A DNA stretch of 26,609 nucleotides from an archaeon (GCA_021798095.1 JAJZYL010000001.1:1-26609); one strand, 5' to 3'. Counted from the stretch's first letter, positions 1 through 9,236 are shown. The notes: generated from the letters alone by a model not told the origin. Made by a program: numbers and translations.

Positions 1-53
1 TACCGCGGCTAATGGAAGTTTGATTCAGGAAGTGAAAATTCGGAGGGCGTTAA

Positions 54-557
54 TCAGACCCTGATGCTCATTATGTGCTTCTTTGCCTCCGATGATGAGC
101 TCCAGCCTGATATCTTTACCCACTTATTAGGCTCCAGCTCCTTGTACTGTTCGAAGAAGTGAATTATCCTGTTCTTTACAGCCTCCGGTATATCGGCGGG
201 CTCCATCATCTCTGAAAAGGTGGGGTCAACGCTGTCAATGGGTACCGCCACTATCTTCTTATCGACGCCGCGTTCATCCTCCATGTTTATCATGCCTATT
301 GGCCTCACCTCCATATACGAGCCGGGTGATATGCGGGCGCTTCCCAGCACGATGATGTCTATTGGGTCTCCGTCCTCAGCCATGGTGCCAGGCACAAAAC
401 CGTAGTTAAACGGGTACACCATGGAGGTGAACAGTATCCTGTCAACTTTCATTATGTCGTTTTCCTTATCATATTCATACTTGACCGCCTCACCGGTTGG
501 AATTTCTATGAACGCGTTTAATATATCGGGGGCCTGATTGCCTATTTTGAGCTTCAT
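54..557 (-). CDS. ppa: Soluble inorganic pyrophosphatase (family I)
   Basis: 167 aa; motifs [24 protein letters not shown], DxKIVAV and [10 protein letters not shown] typical of family I PPases. Confidence 0.96.
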   Translation of the reverse strand: MKLKIGNQAPDILNAFIEIPTGEAVKYEYDKENDIMKVDRILFTSMVYPFNYGFVPGTMAEDGDPIDIIVLGSARISPGSYMEVRPIGMINMEDERGVDKKIVAVPIDSVDPTFSEMMEPADIPEAVKNRIIHFFEQYKELEPNKWVKISGWSSSSEAKKHIMSIRV

Positions 558-846
558 AAAAAGCGCACCTTACAACATACACTGCCACCATTTAAATCCT
601 TTCCCTGCAGAATATATGAGAAGTGATAAATCGAAGAGCTAAATGCGGATGAACGCCGTCGGTTTAGGGACGAAGTATAGAATTCCAGGGGCGGGCCCGT
701 TCATCTATTGACAATTTTGACAACAAGCTAGAAATCATAAGGTGCACTTGTAGTTTGTTTTTCACATAGGGTAGCTCTGGCGGGGAGTCTCATGTTCCCT
801 GTTAAATAGCAACGCTTATGAAGCCCAACTGCAATTTCAGATAGAA

Positions 847-1461
847 TTGGCTCCCAGATATGATATATCTCAGCTGGCTGTTGGGAATATGGGCAATTTC
901 ACATACCTCATCTCTTCAGGTGGAAAAGCGCTTGTAATAGACGCGAGCTTCGGTGGAAAGGAAGTATTAAAAATGTTGTCCGAACGCGGCCTTAGGCTTA
1001 GGTATATCCTTTCAACGCACAACCACTTCGATCACAATATGGACAACACATATCTCAGACTGGAGACTGGCGCAGAAGTCGTAGCTCACAAAACTTCACC
1101 GATAGGGAAGGATATTTCCATAGAGGATGGTGATGAAGTGAAGGTTGGCTCCATGACCATAGTAGCCTTGCATACCCCCGGCCATACCCCGGATTCCATA
1201 TGTTATCGCCTTGAGGGGAATGTATTTACCGGTGATACCCTTTTCGTGGGAACGTGCGGGAGGGTCGACCTCCCTGGTGGAAACGCCGGCGAACTATTCC
1301 AAAGTATGAGAAGGCTCTGCAATCTTGAGAGATCGACCGTCGTATTTCCCGGGCACGATTATGGTGTCACAAAGACCTCTACAATCGGCAGGGAATGCAC
1401 GTCCAACCCTGCAATGACCGCTCGCGATATTTCTGAATTCTTGGCATATATTAAAAGTTGA
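847..1461 (+). CDS. MBL-fold metallo-hydrolase (glyoxalase II / ETHE1-like)
   Basis: THNHFDH (HxHxDH), HTPGH, TGDTLF, GRVDLPGG and PGHDY motifs; TTG start. Confidence 0.88.
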   Translation: MAPRYDISQLAVGNMGNFTYLISSGGKALVIDASFGGKEVLKMLSERGLRLRYILSTHNHFDHNMDNTYLRLETGAEVVAHKTSPIGKDISIEDGDEVKVGSMTIVALHTPGHTPDSICYRLEGNVFTGDTLFVGTCGRVDLPGGNAGELFQSMRRLCNLERSTVVFPGHDYGVTKTSTIGRECTSNPAMTARDISEFLAYIKS

Positions 1462-1559
1462 GCCCATTGTGGGAAAACCGAGCTGGGCTAACCTACTTAC
1501 CATCATTATCTTCTATCAAACATCAAGGTTTATCATAAAAGCGAGCTGGAAGGGGGCTA

Positions 1560-1567
1560 TTTAAATA
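1560..1567 (+). promoter_or_regulatory. Candidate TATA box for the tnpB-end relic / tRNA-Ser transcript
   Basis: TTTAAATA ends 23 nt before the ATG at 1590, the spacing expected for a leaderless archaeal transcript. Confidence 0.5.
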
Positions 1568-1589
1568 CTCAAAGAGTCAATGGTATAGC

Positions 1590-1726
1590 ATGCTTTCAGC
1601 GTTCAGGCTCTACGATGTTAACCGTGTGTCGTTGAAACAGGAAACAAGTTCCCTGCTGGTCGACGAACCCGCAAGGGCAATAAACTTAAGGGAAGCCCAC
1701 AGGCTTTAGCCGTGGGAGGATGTCAC
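1590..1726 (+). mobile_element. Minimal IS200/IS605-family relic: tnpB 3' end / omega(re)RNA-like region with right-end hairpin
   Basis: Ends in GAAGCCCACAGGCTTTAGCCGTGGGAGGATGTCAC (hairpin CCCAC-A-GGC/TTTA/GCC-GTGGG plus terminal TCAC), the typical IS605/IS1341 right end; the 39-aa frame 1590-1709 contains SLKQE...EAH, resembling TnpB C-termini. Confidence 0.75.
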
Positions 1727-1753
1727 TAGCCCTCAAGTGGAGATGTGGGTTGA

Positions 1754-1839
1754 GCCGGGGTACCCTAGCCTGGTAGGGGGCAGGCCTTGAGAGCCTGTGG
1801 CCTTTTCTGGCCTCGTGGGTTCGAATCCCACTCCCGGCG
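1754..1839 (+). tRNA. tRNA-Ser(TGA), intronless, CCA not encoded
   Basis: Cloverleaf: GCCGGGG/TCCCGGC acceptor, CAGGC-CTTGAGA-GCCTG anticodon arm (TGA 1788-1790), long variable arm GGCC-TTTTCT-GGCC, GTGGG-TTCGAAT-CCCAC T arm. Confidence 0.97.
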
Positions 1840-2053
1840 CCTCAACTACTGGAACGCCCATCCCAGTTGTACCTTATGGATTGGAACCCATATGAATATA
1901 TCACGATAAGCCGGTTATAGCTGGCGGTTTGATATCAATGAGGGGCATGTGTGGTCTACCCCTTATCTGCAAGTGATGGCCCTGCGACTTCCCCCGACTC
2001 AATGGAAAGGGTATCAGACAGATTTATCTATCGCTGAAAAGCTCTAATCTGAT

Positions 2054-2521
2054 ATGGGCGGCGTATTCTTCCCTTCCCCTCCAGAGGTGATAAACGAAAT
2101 GCTCGCGATGGCCGGGGCCAATTCAACATCGGTGGTATACGATTTGGGTTCGGGCGATGGAAGCATTGTGATGGCCGCCGCCCGGGACTATAACGTCAGG
2201 AAGGCGGTGGGCATAGAAAGGGATGGAAGGTTATGTTCAATAGCTCGCGCGAGGGCCGCACGTTTTAATAACGTGGTTATAATAAACGCGGATTACGACG
2301 CGATAGAAATATCGGAGGCCAGCATAGTGACCGTCTACCAGGGGGCGAGCGAAAACTCAAGGCTCAGGCCAAAATTCCTAAGGGAGCTTCGAAATGGGTC
2401 CATGATAGTTTCCCACGAGTTCGGCATCCCCGGATGGCGCCCAACCCAGTTTCATATCATGAAGCACAACGGCCGCAGTTACCGCATCATGGTCTACGTC
2501 GTGGGTTCCCATACACCTTGA
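2054..2521 (+). CDS. Class I SAM-dependent methyltransferase, substrate unknown
   Basis: FFPSPPEV N-terminus, YDLGSGDG motif I, AVGIE, and IVSHEF segment typical of small putative protein/RNA methyltransferases. Confidence 0.82.
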   Translation: MGGVFFPSPPEVINEMLAMAGANSTSVVYDLGSGDGSIVMAAARDYNVRKAVGIERDGRLCSIARARAARFNNVVIINADYDAIEISEASIVTVYQGASENSRLRPKFLRELRNGSMIVSHEFGIPGWRPTQFHIMKHNGRSYRIMVYVVGSHTP

Positions 2522-2603
2522 CGCCGCCAATGGGCGCGGATTAAGTTGTATGCGATGAGCTGGTGAGTGCAGGCCCTGTTATGGGGATGGAGTATGTGCC
2601 CGC

Positions 2604-3740
2604 TCACTTGGTTACCGTCCTCTGGAAGAGGGGCAGCGCTATGGCGAATACCACCACCGTAAATATCAGGAGTATGTACACGTCACCTGAAATAGCGGAG
2701 AATGGGGCGTTGAGCAGCATGACGGACCTGAATGCCGATATGACGTACGTGAGCGGCAGGATGTCCGATATTATCCTAAGCCATGACGGCAGCTGGATTA
2801 CCGGGTACAGGGCACCGCTTAGGAATATCATGGGGAACTGGATCATCATCATGATCAGCTGCGCGGACTCCTGATCCGATACAAATGACGTCGCTATTAT
2901 GCCCATCCCGGTGAACGCCAGTATCCCCAGCGTCAGGACCAGGGCCATTAGCAATATGCTCCCGTATATATGAACGCCGAACAGTATCATGGCCAGTATA
3001 AACACCAGTACGCCGCTGGCCAGCCCCCTGACGACCTGGGCGAAGCCCTTGCCCAGTATTATTGAAAGCCTTGAAATGGGGGTCATAAGGAGCCCATCCA
3101 GCGTGCCCAGCTCCTTTTCCCTGGAGAAGGTCATGGCCAGCCCTGACAGCCCGGCAAGGATGGTCGTCATGGCTATCAGCCCAGGCGCAAGAAATTCGAT
3201 CGTGTTGGATGTCTGGGGGATGAGCCCCTGATATATAGGGGTGATCGGAGATGATGAGGCGCTTGCCAGGGTCGCGGACAGCCTTAATGATGAAAATATC
3301 TGGGTCAGCTCGCCCTGGATCGCCGCATCCAGCGACGGGTTTGCCTGATCTATTATGACCTGGACGGTGGCCGTTCCGCTGCTCTGGAGCTGCTGGCCTA
3401 GCCCCTGATGGAATATGATTATGGCGTATACGTTCCCGCTCATGAGCTGGTTCTGGGCGGAGCTCAGGCTGCCCATGGAGATCACGTTGAACAGGCCCGA
3501 CGATTGCGCCGAACTGATAAATTGGGACACTATGTTCAATCCGGCCTGTGACTGGTCCTGATTGACGACCGCTATCGATATGTGGGTTATCGAACCTGTT
3601 GATGGAAACATATACCCGAACAGCACTATCAGTATTATGGGGAGGAGGATCATGGTGACCAGCCTCGCCCTTATCCTCATGAATTCAGTCAGGTCCTTCT
3701 TCATTATTATGTAAATATCATAAAATATATTGTTAGCCAT
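2604..3740 (-). CDS. ABC-2 type transporter permease
   Basis: N-terminal TM, extracellular loop, FLAPGLI, REKELGTLDGLLMTP, five C-terminal TM helices, PLTY. Confidence 0.92.
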   Translation of the reverse strand: MANNIFYDIYIIMKKDLTEFMRIRARLVTMILLPIILIVLFGYMFPSTGSITHISIAVVNQDQSQAGLNIVSQFISSAQSSGLFNVISMGSLSSAQNQLMSGNVYAIIIFHQGLGQQLQSSGTATVQVIIDQANPSLDAAIQGELTQIFSSLRLSATLASASSSPITPIYQGLIPQTSNTIEFLAPGLIAMTTILAGLSGLAMTFSREKELGTLDGLLMTPISRLSIILGKGFAQVVRGLASGVLVFILAMILFGVHIYGSILLMALVLTLGILAFTGMGIIATSFVSDQESAQLIMMMIQFPMIFLSGALYPVIQLPSWLRIISDILPLTYVISAFRSVMLLNAPFSAISGDVYILLIFTVVVFAIALPLFQRTVTK

Positions 3741-3741
3741 A

Positions 3742-4506
3742 TCACCATCCCCTGCGCTTTAGCCTGCTCGATACTTCATCCCTTAGCTCCCTCCCAGTGA
3801 GCTTTAAAAATAGATCCTCTATCGTGGCCACATCCTGACTCCTTTTCAGGTCTGCTGTCCTTCCAACCGCCAGCACACCGCCCCTGTCCATGATGGCCAG
3901 CTCATCCATAAGCTCTTCGGCCTCATGCATGTCGTGTGTAGTGACCAGGACCGTGAGGTTCCTTTCCTTGAGCCTCTTGACGTAGTCCCGCACCCATCTG
4001 ACGCTCTGAGGATCGAGCCCGTTCGTCGGCTCGTCTAGGATGATCACCTTGGGGTCGTGTATAAGCGCCCGTACCAGATTTATGCGCTGCCTCATGCCGG
4101 TCGAGTAGGTGCCCACCGGCCTATCCTTAACGCTGGTCAGCTTGACCTCTTCGATCAGGGCTTCAGCCTTCTCCCTGAGGGGCTTCCCCCTGATCCCGTA
4201 CAGCCTGCCGAAGAATTCGAGGTTTTCTATGGCCGTCAGGGTGGGATACAGGAGCAGCTTTTCCTGGACTACCCCTATCGTCTTCCTTACTTCGTTCGTA
4301 TCATTTGCTATATCGAACCCTTCGATGCTACCGTGCCCGGAGGTCGGGCGCAGGACCGTGCATATCATGCGGAGGAATGTGCTCTTTCCTGCACCGTTTG
4401 GCCCCAATAGCCCGAATATGGTCCCCTTGGTTACCTTGAGCGAGACCCCGTTTACGGCCACCAGACCATTAAAGGTCTTTGTGAGGTTCTCTGTAACTAT
4501 GCTCAT
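3742..4506 (-). CDS. ABC transporter ATP-binding protein (DrrA/CcmA-like)
   Basis: Walker A GPNGAGKST, signature YSTGMRQR, Walker B ILDEPT, H-loop TTHD; ATGA overlap with the upstream gene. Confidence 0.95.
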   Translation of the reverse strand: MSIVTENLTKTFNGLVAVNGVSLKVTKGTIFGLLGPNGAGKSTFLRMICTVLRPTSGHGSIEGFDIANDTNEVRKTIGVVQEKLLLYPTLTAIENLEFFGRLYGIRGKPLREKAEALIEEVKLTSVKDRPVGTYSTGMRQRINLVRALIHDPKVIILDEPTNGLDPQSVRWVRDYVKRLKERNLTVLVTTHDMHEAEELMDELAIMDRGGVLAVGRTADLKRSQDVATIEDLFLKLTGRELRDEVSSRLKRRGW

Positions 4507-6098
4507 CGTCTACGCCTTAATACGAGGATTATGATCACCGCAAGGAGTATGGCCACAAGCGCTATGACTATCCAGCCGAAATCGTAGATCCACGAAATGA
4601 AGATGGTGTAGATCCCCTGGTGCACCTGAAAGCTGATCGGGATCTCCTGCGTAAACTGGTTCCCGGGGGCGTTGCTCTGGAACCACGTCACCACGAGGGT
4701 CCCATAATAGGTGCCCGGCGGGGCGCTTGATGAGACCGCAATGGAAAAGGTCGCGACGTTGGAGGCCGCGTTCTGCATGTCGCCAAGGTAATCCACGGTT
4801 GTACCCGACAGTTCGTTGGGTAGAAGGAGCTCAGCCTGGGCCGACTTCGCGGTTATATTCCCGAGATTTTGTATCAATAGAGCAAACTTGGTATTGGATG
4901 CCCCCTGTGACAGATAGGCGTTGTTGTAATACGTTGCAGAAAAGTTGGCCTGGCTATTAACCTCCAGGGGCATCATATAAGTGTAGTTCTCTCCGTCGTA
5001 ATACACGTACACCGGAACCTTAAATGAAAGGGGGCTTGAAGCTGCGCTCGATACGTCAACGTAGAACGTGGTTGGTATGGGTTCCCCTGGGGGCATGCTG
5101 CCTATCTCCATGCTGGTGGACCCTGGATAAGCGGTCTCGATTGGTGACTGGGCTCCGAGGGAAACCTGCACGTTATTGGCCGTTATGTTCCCGCTGTTCA
5201 TCAGGTCTATGGATATGGGCACGTTCTGATTCCCGGGGAACATGCCCGGTTGCCCAACTCCATAACCCTGTACTATTACATCCGCGGCACCAGAGACGGG
5301 GACACTTACTATCTGAGATGACACCATTCCGTTGTTGTACCTTATGGAGACATTAAGCGGGTATAACCCGGTCGTTGTGTTTGCATTTATGCTTAGCGTG
5401 AATTGTGCTGGCACGACGCTGCCGGCCGGCACCACGCCCAGATATGCCGTCTCGCTGGGCGAGCTATAATAGAATGGGGCCGATGGATATATAATAACGG
5501 ATGAATTAAATGCCGTGTTGTCGCCCAGGTTCTGAACGGTTAAGACCAAGTTCCCGTTCCTAAGGCCAGAGCTGGCCAGTGAAGGCGCGGCCGGACTGCC
5601 CCAGTAAGCGTTCTGAGCTCGCAGGTCGGCATATGTGGAAACTGGCATCTGCAGGTTCGCGGTGAACGTGTAATTTACGCCTGAAAGGGTGTAGTTCACC
5701 GTCGCCGGCACCACATATACTCCATCGGAGCTATTAGCGGCGACGTTCAGATAAAACATCACCGGCTGCGAACCTGTGGGTGAAATAAATGATGCGTTCG
5801 CGGTCACCCTAGTGACTCCATCTTCCATCACCCCTCTGATTGGAGAGGAAAAGGGATAGCTGAGGTTGAGAGTTACAAAGACGTTCGTTATGCTGGCGGT
5901 GTTGGGGTTAGCTATGTATACGGAAAAAGGCGCGTTTGTAGAACCAGGTTCCACAGAGATGGGCGATGACTGAGAACCCCAGGTTGATCCAGCTACGTAC
6001 ACCGTGTTCGACGAAGCGTAAACGGCGGGCGCAAAAAGTGCGCTCCCCATCAGGATTACCATCATCAAAATCAAGCTTGCAAGACCATATCGGCTCAT
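4503..6098 (-). CDS. Secreted S-layer-domain protein (COG1361-like) with C-terminal membrane anchor
   Basis: Signal peptide, repeated beta-rich NxGxxxAxN domains, C-terminal TM followed by RRRR; operonic with the ABC genes as is common for this family. Confidence 0.8.
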   Translation of the reverse strand: MSRYGLASLILMMVILMGSALFAPAVYASSNTVYVAGSTWGSQSSPISVEPGSTNAPFSVYIANPNTASITNVFVTLNLSYPFSSPIRGVMEDGVTRVTANASFISPTGSQPVMFYLNVAANSSDGVYVVPATVNYTLSGVNYTFTANLQMPVSTYADLRAQNAYWGSPAAPSLASSGLRNGNLVLTVQNLGDNTAFNSSVIIYPSAPFYYSSPSETAYLGVVPAGSVVPAQFTLSINANTTTGLYPLNVSIRYNNGMVSSQIVSVPVSGAADVIVQGYGVGQPGMFPGNQNVPISIDLMNSGNITANNVQVSLGAQSPIETAYPGSTSMEIGSMPPGEPIPTTFYVDVSSAASSPLSFKVPVYVYYDGENYTYMMPLEVNSQANFSATYYNNAYLSQGASNTKFALLIQNLGNITAKSAQAELLLPNELSGTTVDYLGDMQNAASNVATFSIAVSSSAPPGTYYGTLVVTWFQSNAPGNQFTQEIPISFQVHQGIYTIFISWIYDFGWIVIALVAILLAVIIILVLRRRR

Positions 6099-6128
6099 AT
6101 CTAGATCGAAAGGCCGTTTTTGGATACC

Positions 6129-6136
6129 TATTTAAA
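6129..6136 (-). promoter_or_regulatory. Candidate TATA box of the S-layer/ABC operon
   Basis: Minus-strand TTTAAATA about 31 nt upstream of the ATG at 6098. Confidence 0.5.
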
Positions 6137-6244
6137 TATATTGATACGAATGTCATGTTCTCCTCTTCAAGATGCAATCTAGCTATTTCATATCGAGTAT
6201 TTTGACCGGCCATCATCCAGCAGCAATAAAATCTTCCCATGGTT

Positions 6245-6536
6245 AAGGCGCGTGGGATCCCCTCAGGTCTATCCCCACGGTGGTCGGCAAGCAGGGAAAA
6301 TGGGGCGCATCAGTGGCGTTCATGCCAGTTCAAGCGCAAGGGAAGCTGCCATCTAGTCAACGCTGACCTGAAGCCCAGTCTTACCAAGGTCATAAAAACT
6401 CGGGCGTTGTGAACCAGCTTCCTATCAGGAACGGGTCCCTGATCAACCTGGGGATACCGGCCACGTGTGTCGTGGTTATGAGGCCACGCCGGCCCGCCCC
6501 AGTTCTGGGAAGCTGCAGGGCCAGGGCTGCAGCCAC
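6245..6536 (+). pseudogene. Heavily decayed tnpB C-terminal fragment with structured 3' region
   Basis: Frame from 6239 reads KARGIP...SP...FKRKGSCHLVNADL; a shifted frame gives VNQLP (6409-6423); then GAAGCTGCAG-loop-CTGCAGCCAC, resembling a right-end hairpin. Motif order and spacing fit the TnpB C-terminus. Confidence 0.45.
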
Positions 6537-6566
6537 AGGCGGTTTATCCCGGGCTGGACCCCGTCC

Positions 6567-9236
6567 CTAAGCTGTTGATGACCCTTGAACCCTGTGTTTT
6601 ATGGAGGCCTGCGCTGCAGCCAACCGTGCAACCGGAACCCTGTATGGTGAACAGCTTACATAATCCACTTCGGTTTCATTCAGGAATTCAATGGACTTCG
6701 GATCCCCTCCGTGTTCCCCGCATATGCCCACCTTCAGGCCCGGCCTGGACTTCTTGCCCTCCGTTGCGCCTATCTTTATAAGCCGCCCTACACCACCAAC
6801 GTCGATCGTTTCAAATGGATTAAACGGAAGTATCTTGTTCTCCACATAAAATGGTATGAATTTCGCTTCTACATCGTCCCTGCTGAAAGCAAATGTCGCC
6901 TGAGTTAGGTCATTGGTTCCAAAGGAGAAGAAGTCGGCGTACTTTGCGATATCGCTGGCCGTTAATGCCGCGCGCGGAGTCTCTATCATTGTGCCGACCT
7001 TGTACTTGACATCGACCTTAAACTTGGCCCTGGCCTCATTGGCCTTCCTTTCGACTATTTCGCGTGCCTTTCTGAACTCCTCGGCTTCTGCGACCTGAGA
7101 AATCATTATCTCGATCTCAGCGGTAGCTCCATCCTCCTTAAGGAGCTCGGCCGCCGCGTCAAATATCGCGCTGATCTGCATCTCATAGATTTCAGGGTAC
7201 ATCAGGGACAGCCTTACGCCCCTCTGGCCCATCATTGGATTGTATTCCTTTAACTCCATCACCCGCTTTAACACCTTTTCATCGCTTTCCAGCTGCCTGT
7301 TATCCCTTCCGGTGACCCTCAATTCAGCTACCTTGGGCAGTATCTCCTCCAGCTTCGGCAGAAATTCGTGTAAGGGGAAATCCAGCAGCCTGACAGTAAC
7401 CGGTAACCCCTTCATTATTCTGAATATCTGTTTGAAATCGCTTTTTTGCATGGGCTCTATCTGATCCAGGAACTTCTTCCTTTCCTCTACGGTGCCTGCC
7501 AGTATCATCTTCTGGACTATCTCCAGCCTTTCCGGCGCGTTGAACATCCTTTCCGTCCTGACCAATCCTATGCCGGCGGCTCCGTTTTCCCTAGCCTTCG
7601 CTGCCATCTCCGGCGTGTCCGCGTTTGCCCTTACCCCCAGACGTCTAAGGCCATCGGCCCATCCCAGTATGGTGCTGACTTCACCGGAGATCGTAGGCTC
7701 GACAAGCGGTACCTCACCGACGTATACGGATCCGGATCCCCCGTCTATGGTTATTATATCCCCCCTCCTGACCGTTTGATTTCCTGCCCTGAAGACGCCT
7801 TCGCTCATCTCTATCTTCATGCCTTCGGCGCCCACTATGCAGGGCTTGCCCATTCCCCTTGTGACAACAGCTGCATGGCTGGTCATACCTCCCCTGCTGG
7901 TTAAAACCCCGTCTGCGGCCGCTATCCCCGCTATATCCTCAGGTGTGGTTTCTGGTCTCACAAGTATTATCTTTTCCTTGTTTTCCCTTGCGTTGCGGGC
8001 CTCATCTACTGTGAATACAACCTTACCTACGGCGGCCCCTGGTGACGCCGGCAGCCCATTGACCAGCGGAGTCACCTTGGCATTTGAGTCGATCTGCTTG
8101 TAGAGTAAGCGTTGAAGCTGATCCGGCTCCACCCTTAGCACCGCCTCCTCCTTTGAAATCAACCCTTCCTTTACCATGTCGGTGGCTATCTTGACCGCTG
8201 CATTGGCCGTCCTCTTGGCTGTCCTGGTCTGTAACATGTAGAGCTTGCCTCCCTCTACTGTGAACTCGATGTCCTGCATATCCTTGAAGTGTGTTTCCAG
8301 CTTCTGTGCGATGTTTTCCAGCGTAGAGTATGCATCAGGCAACATCTCCTTTAGTTTGCTCACCGGCAGCGGCGTCCTTATCCCCGCTACCACATCTTCA
8401 CCCTGTGCCTTCATTAGAAATTCCCCGTAGAACTTCCTCTCACCGCTTGAGGGGTCCCTTGTAAACGCGACGCCGGTCCCGGACCTGTCATCGAGGTTTC
8501 CATAGACCATCATCACTATGTTTACTGCGGTGCCAAGTTCATCGGAGATTTTGTATATTTTACGGTATTCGATGGCCCTCTGAGTCCACCACGAATTGAA
8601 CACCGCGCCCACGGCCATTAGCAGTTGCTCTATGGGGGCCTGTGGAAGGTCTTTCCCGGTCCTCTCCTTGATAAGCGCTTTGTACCTCTTGACAACTTCA
8701 ATCCAGCCGTCAACCTTTACGTCGAGATCGCTCTCGGCACCCACTTCCTGCTTTACCCTTTCCAGTATCTTATCAAACTCTTCACCTGGAATGCCCATGA
8801 CTATCTTTCCAAACAGCTGAACAAATCGCCTGTAAGTGTCATAGGCAAACCTCCTATCCCCGGTCTTCGTGGCAAGCGCTTCAACTATTTTGTCATTTAT
8901 CCCCAGGTTCAACACCGTGTCCATCATGCCTGGCATTGAAAATGGCGCGCCAGACCTTACAGACACAAGGAGCGGGCTGTTTGGATCATCAAACCTCTTC
9001 CCAACCTTCTTCTGAAGCTCGTTTAAATGAGCCAGGATGGATTCCTTCAGTTCAGGCCAGATCTGCTTATCATTCTTAAAGAACTCGTTACACATTTTCG
9101 TCGTTATGACTATGCCTGGAGGTACAGGGAGGCCCAGCTTTGTCATTTCAACAAGTCCATAACCCTTCCCTCCCAGATCGTATTTCGTCATATCAGTCCT
9201 AGCAGCCTCTTCAAATGAGTAAACTTCTACAACCAA
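6567..9236 (-). CDS. ppdK: Pyruvate, phosphate dikinase
   Basis: 889 aa; LGGKG, PLLVSVRSGA, MPGMMDT, GEDVVAGIRTP, phospho-His motif GGMTSHAAVV, FSFGTNDLTQ, GICGEHGGDP; TTG start with AGGTGG SD. Confidence 0.98.
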   Translation of the reverse strand: MVVEVYSFEEAARTDMTKYDLGGKGYGLVEMTKLGLPVPPGIVITTKMCNEFFKNDKQIWPELKESILAHLNELQKKVGKRFDDPNSPLLVSVRSGAPFSMPGMMDTVLNLGINDKIVEALATKTGDRRFAYDTYRRFVQLFGKIVMGIPGEEFDKILERVKQEVGAESDLDVKVDGWIEVVKRYKALIKERTGKDLPQAPIEQLLMAVGAVFNSWWTQRAIEYRKIYKISDELGTAVNIVMMVYGNLDDRSGTGVAFTRDPSSGERKFYGEFLMKAQGEDVVAGIRTPLPVSKLKEMLPDAYSTLENIAQKLETHFKDMQDIEFTVEGGKLYMLQTRTAKRTANAAVKIATDMVKEGLISKEEAVLRVEPDQLQRLLYKQIDSNAKVTPLVNGLPASPGAAVGKVVFTVDEARNARENKEKIILVRPETTPEDIAGIAAADGVLTSRGGMTSHAAVVTRGMGKPCIVGAEGMKIEMSEGVFRAGNQTVRRGDIITIDGGSGSVYVGEVPLVEPTISGEVSTILGWADGLRRLGVRANADTPEMAAKARENGAAGIGLVRTERMFNAPERLEIVQKMILAGTVEERKKFLDQIEPMQKSDFKQIFRIMKGLPVTVRLLDFPLHEFLPKLEEILPKVAELRVTGRDNRQLESDEKVLKRVMELKEYNPMMGQRGVRLSLMYPEIYEMQISAIFDAAAELLKEDGATAEIEIMISQVAEAEEFRKAREIVERKANEARAKFKVDVKYKVGTMIETPRAALTASDIAKYADFFSFGTNDLTQATFAFSRDDVEAKFIPFYVENKILPFNPFETIDVGGVGRLIKIGATEGKKSRPGLKVGICGEHGGDPKSIEFLNETEVDYVSCSPYRVPVARLAAAQASIKHRVQGSSTA

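Noticed and set aside
1749-1846. GTTGA/TCAAC complementary flanks extending the tRNA-Ser acceptor stem
   Set aside because: Only 5-6 bp; plausible by chance
1984-2002. Minus-strand TTGAGTCGGGGGAAGTCGC resembling half of an IS605 right end; also possible C/D boxes at 1973-2036
   Set aside because: Left arm of the hairpin is missing; C/D boxes are degenerate and no guide of 10 nt or more matches the rRNAs in the window
2550-2607. C/D-box-like sRNA between the methyltransferase and permease stops
   Set aside because: D boxes are not CTGA and the guides have no convincing rRNA or tRNA complement here
6243-6566. SRP RNA, RNase P RNA, cobalamin riboswitch or group I intron
   Set aside because: No helix-8 CAGG-CCCGGAAGGG-AGCAG; no GAGGAA(A)..CC / ACAGAA P4 pair with a P1; two GGGAAG motifs but no GGTG..AATCC; GACTAGATGGCAG on the minus strand has no downstream TAGTC partner
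6390-6569. Amber read-through of ppdK (58 open codons after TAG)
   Set aside because: PPDK is already full length; a GC-rich region is expected to be stop-poor; no pyl genes in the window
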